Origin: Thermodesulfobium acidiphilum
GTDB lineage: Bacteria > Thermodesulfobiota > Thermodesulfobiia > Thermodesulfobiales > Thermodesulfobiaceae
DNA: 52,099 bases
Direction: 5' to 3'
Assembly (NCBI RefSeq): GCF_003057965.1
Contig: NZ_CP020921.1
Coordinates: 124,001-176,099, forward strand
A program made the translations under genes and the position numbers. The notes under the pieces are model-generated. The model saw nothing but the letters and a program-made list of their open reading frames with translations. It did no database searches and had not been told where the DNA came from. Of this stretch, positions 50,156 to 52,099 are shown one piece after another. Numbering within the stretch: the first letter of the stretch is position 1; each line of letters opens with the position of its first letter.

Positions 50156-50830
50156 ATGGACAATAAAATTCTTTTAGTTGAAGACGATATTGATATATCA
50201 AATAATATAAAGACTTTCTTAAGCCTAAACGGCTTTAAAGTTGTTCAAGCTTTTAGTGCAGGCGATACATTTGACATTTTTGATGAAAAAGAAATTTCTC
50301 TTATAATACTTGACTTGATGCTTCCAGATATGTTTGGTTCTGAAATACTTAAAGTTTTAAGGGCAAGGGGGATAAAAATTCCTATTTTGGTCCTTTCGGC
50401 GCTTTCAGAAGAACACAATAAAGTTAGTTTATTAGAGTTGGGGGCTGATGATTATCTGACGAAGCCTTTTGGAATGAAAGAGTTACTTGCAAGGATAAAG
50501 AGTCTTATCAGAAGAAAAGATGGCTTTGGTTTGGTAGCTGAGAAGGGACCATTCAGAGTAGACAGGGAGAAGAGTCAGATTCATTTCCACGGAAATTTGA
50601 TGAATTTAACTGCTACTGAGTATAAATTGTTGCTCTTTCTTTTTGAAAATAGTGGGAGGACTTTCTCCAGAGAAAAGCTTATAGATAAGGTTTGGGGAGA
50701 AGAATATTTTGTTGAAGCGAGGATGGTAGACGTATATATTAGAAGGTTGCGGGAAAAAATAGAGGCCGATCCTTCAAATCCACAAATATTAAAAACGAGG
50801 CGGGGATTTGGGTATGTTCTTGAGATTTAG
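50156..50830 (+). CDS. phoB: OmpR/PhoB-family response regulator
   Basis: LLVEDD, LDLMLP, GADDYLTKPF, VDVYIRRLREKIE, TRRGFGY; adjacent to pstS. Confidence 0.85.
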   Translation: MDNKILLVEDDIDISNNIKTFLSLNGFKVVQAFSAGDTFDIFDEKEISLIILDLMLPDMFGSEILKVLRARGIKIPILVLSALSEEHNKVSLLELGADDYLTKPFGMKELLARIKSLIRRKDGFGLVAEKGPFRVDREKSQIHFHGNLMNLTATEYKLLLFLFENSGRTFSREKLIDKVWGEEYFVEARMVDVYIRRLREKIEADPSNPQILKTRRGFGYVLEI

Positions 50831-50834
50831 CCAT

Positions 50835-50888
50835 TTAACTATAAATTAACTTAAAATTAACGCCCTATTAACATTTTGACTGTATATT
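50835..50888 (+). promoter_or_regulatory. Pho-box array and -10 of pstS
   Basis: TTAAC at 50835, 50846, 50857, 50868 (11-bp period) followed by TATATT 50883-50888. Confidence 0.8.
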
Positions 50889-50921
50889 GATTCAAGTACA
50901 AATTTATTAGGAGGTTTATTT

Positions 50922-52004
50922 ATGAAAAGAATTTTGCTTTCTTTATTAGGCGTTTTCTTACTTGTTGCTACAGTTTTTTATGTGGCTGGATGCTCTAGTT
51001 CCAATGCTCCTCAGTCGGCTTCCCAGGTAAAGCAGCTTACTGGTGCTGGTTCTACTTTTGTTTATCCTCTGTTTTCAAAGATGTTTGAGGAATATAAGAA
51101 AGAAAAAGGAGTAGAAGTTAATTATCAGTCAATAGGATCGGGAGGCGGTATTAACGCTCTTAAAGATGGTACTACTGACTTTTCTGCAAGCGATGCCTAT
51201 ATGTCAGAAAAAGAAATGCAGGCTGTGCCAGGTGGGGTGGTTACTATTGCAGATGCTGCGGGCGCTGTGTCAATCTCATACAACATTCCAGGAGTCAATG
51301 ACCTTGTTTTAGACGGCAAGGCTATAGCTGATATATATCTTGGAAAGATTAAGGATTGGAATGACCCATATCTTAAAAAGCTTAACCCAGGCGTAAATCT
51401 TCCAGCCAAACCTATAGTGGTAGCCCACAGATCCGATGGTTCTGGAACGACATTCATTTTTACCCATTATCTTTCTCTTATAAGCCCTGACTGGAAGGAT
51501 ACAGTTGGTGCTGGAACCTCAGTTAAATGGCCAGTAGGCCTTGGTGGAAAAGGCAGTGAGGGCGTTACTGCTATTGTTAAACAGAATCCTTATTCAATAG
51601 GATATGTAGAACTAACCTATGCGCTTCAAAATAATATTACTACTGCAAAGGTAAAGAATAAATCAGGCAACATAATTGCTCCTACCCTCGAGAGTACAAA
51701 AAAGGCATTCGAAGGAGTAAAATTGCCTTCTGATATGAGGGCTCTTGTCCTTGATACTTCAAATCCTGAAGGCTATCCTATAACTGGATTTACTTTCATA
51801 CTCTTACACAAAGAAATGAATTACAAGGGCAATACGCTGGCAAGGGCGAAGGCAGTGCTTAATCTGGTAAAGTGGATTATTACTGATGGGCAAAAGTATT
51901 GTGAACCTCTTGATTATGTTCAGCTTCCAAAGGAAGCGGTTGATATAAATATGAAGAATTTAGAGTCAATTACCTGGGATGGGAAGCCAATTCTTACAAA
52001 GTAA
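50922..52004 (+). CDS. pstS: Phosphate ABC transporter substrate-binding lipoprotein
   Basis: Lipobox VAGC; GAGSTF, YQSIGSGGG, HRSDGSGTT, YPITGFT. Confidence 0.96.
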   Translation: MKRILLSLLGVFLLVATVFYVAGCSSSNAPQSASQVKQLTGAGSTFVYPLFSKMFEEYKKEKGVEVNYQSIGSGGGINALKDGTTDFSASDAYMSEKEMQAVPGGVVTIADAAGAVSISYNIPGVNDLVLDGKAIADIYLGKIKDWNDPYLKKLNPGVNLPAKPIVVAHRSDGSGTTFIFTHYLSLISPDWKDTVGAGTSVKWPVGLGGKGSEGVTAIVKQNPYSIGYVELTYALQNNITTAKVKNKSGNIIAPTLESTKKAFEGVKLPSDMRALVLDTSNPEGYPITGFTFILLHKEMNYKGNTLARAKAVLNLVKWIITDGQKYCEPLDYVQLPKEAVDINMKNLESITWDGKPILTK

Positions 52005-52016
52005 ATTTTAATTTAG

Positions 52017-52068
52017 AACAAAAAGCCATCTTTCGCTTGATAGTAGCGAAAGATGGCTTTTTGTTTTT
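52017..52068 (+). terminator. Long hairpin / rho-independent terminator after pstS
   Basis: 21-bp perfect inverted repeat AACAAAAAGCCATCTTTCGCT / AGCGAAAGATGGCTTTTTGTT with T tail. Confidence 0.88.
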
Positions 52069-52099
52069 TAAACTAATAGCTTCTTGTATATTTCTTCAA

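Overview
AT-rich bacterial chromosomal window with no rRNA, tRNA, CRISPR array or mobile element detected. The gene content suggests an anaerobic, flagellated, diderm Terrabacteria-type organism. It resembles Thermodesulfobium-like genomes, which is my inference only. In order it contains: the end of a livHMGF branched-chain amino-acid ABC operon; a minus-strand stress/envelope block (desulfoferrodoxin, DUF2334-type deacetylase, USP, His-rich protein, DsrE, SLH-porin of OmpM type); an HNH nuclease and trmL; a core run (glnB-lysA-deacetylase-glmM-recA-rny-ymdB-tgt-secD-secF-CDF); an uncharacterised HAD phosphatase / class-III aminotransferase / Cys-nucleophile alpha-beta hydrolase / Fem-like GNAT cluster with ftsK in its middle; a likely flagellin-glycosylation island (cysC, gmhB, GT2, 1109-aa GT) before fliC-flaG-fliD-fliS; an HD-GYP-csrA-fliH-fliI-flhF-flhG operon; a methyltransferase-GT4 fusion; secG with an MgdA-like GT2; and phoR/phoB/pstS. 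The most notable signals are the unknown 4-enzyme cluster, apparent ATT start codons, a palindromic bidirectional -10 driving near-leaderless phoR/phoB, orphan SD elements in the porin and flagellin leaders, and a hairpin-bridged SD on glnB.
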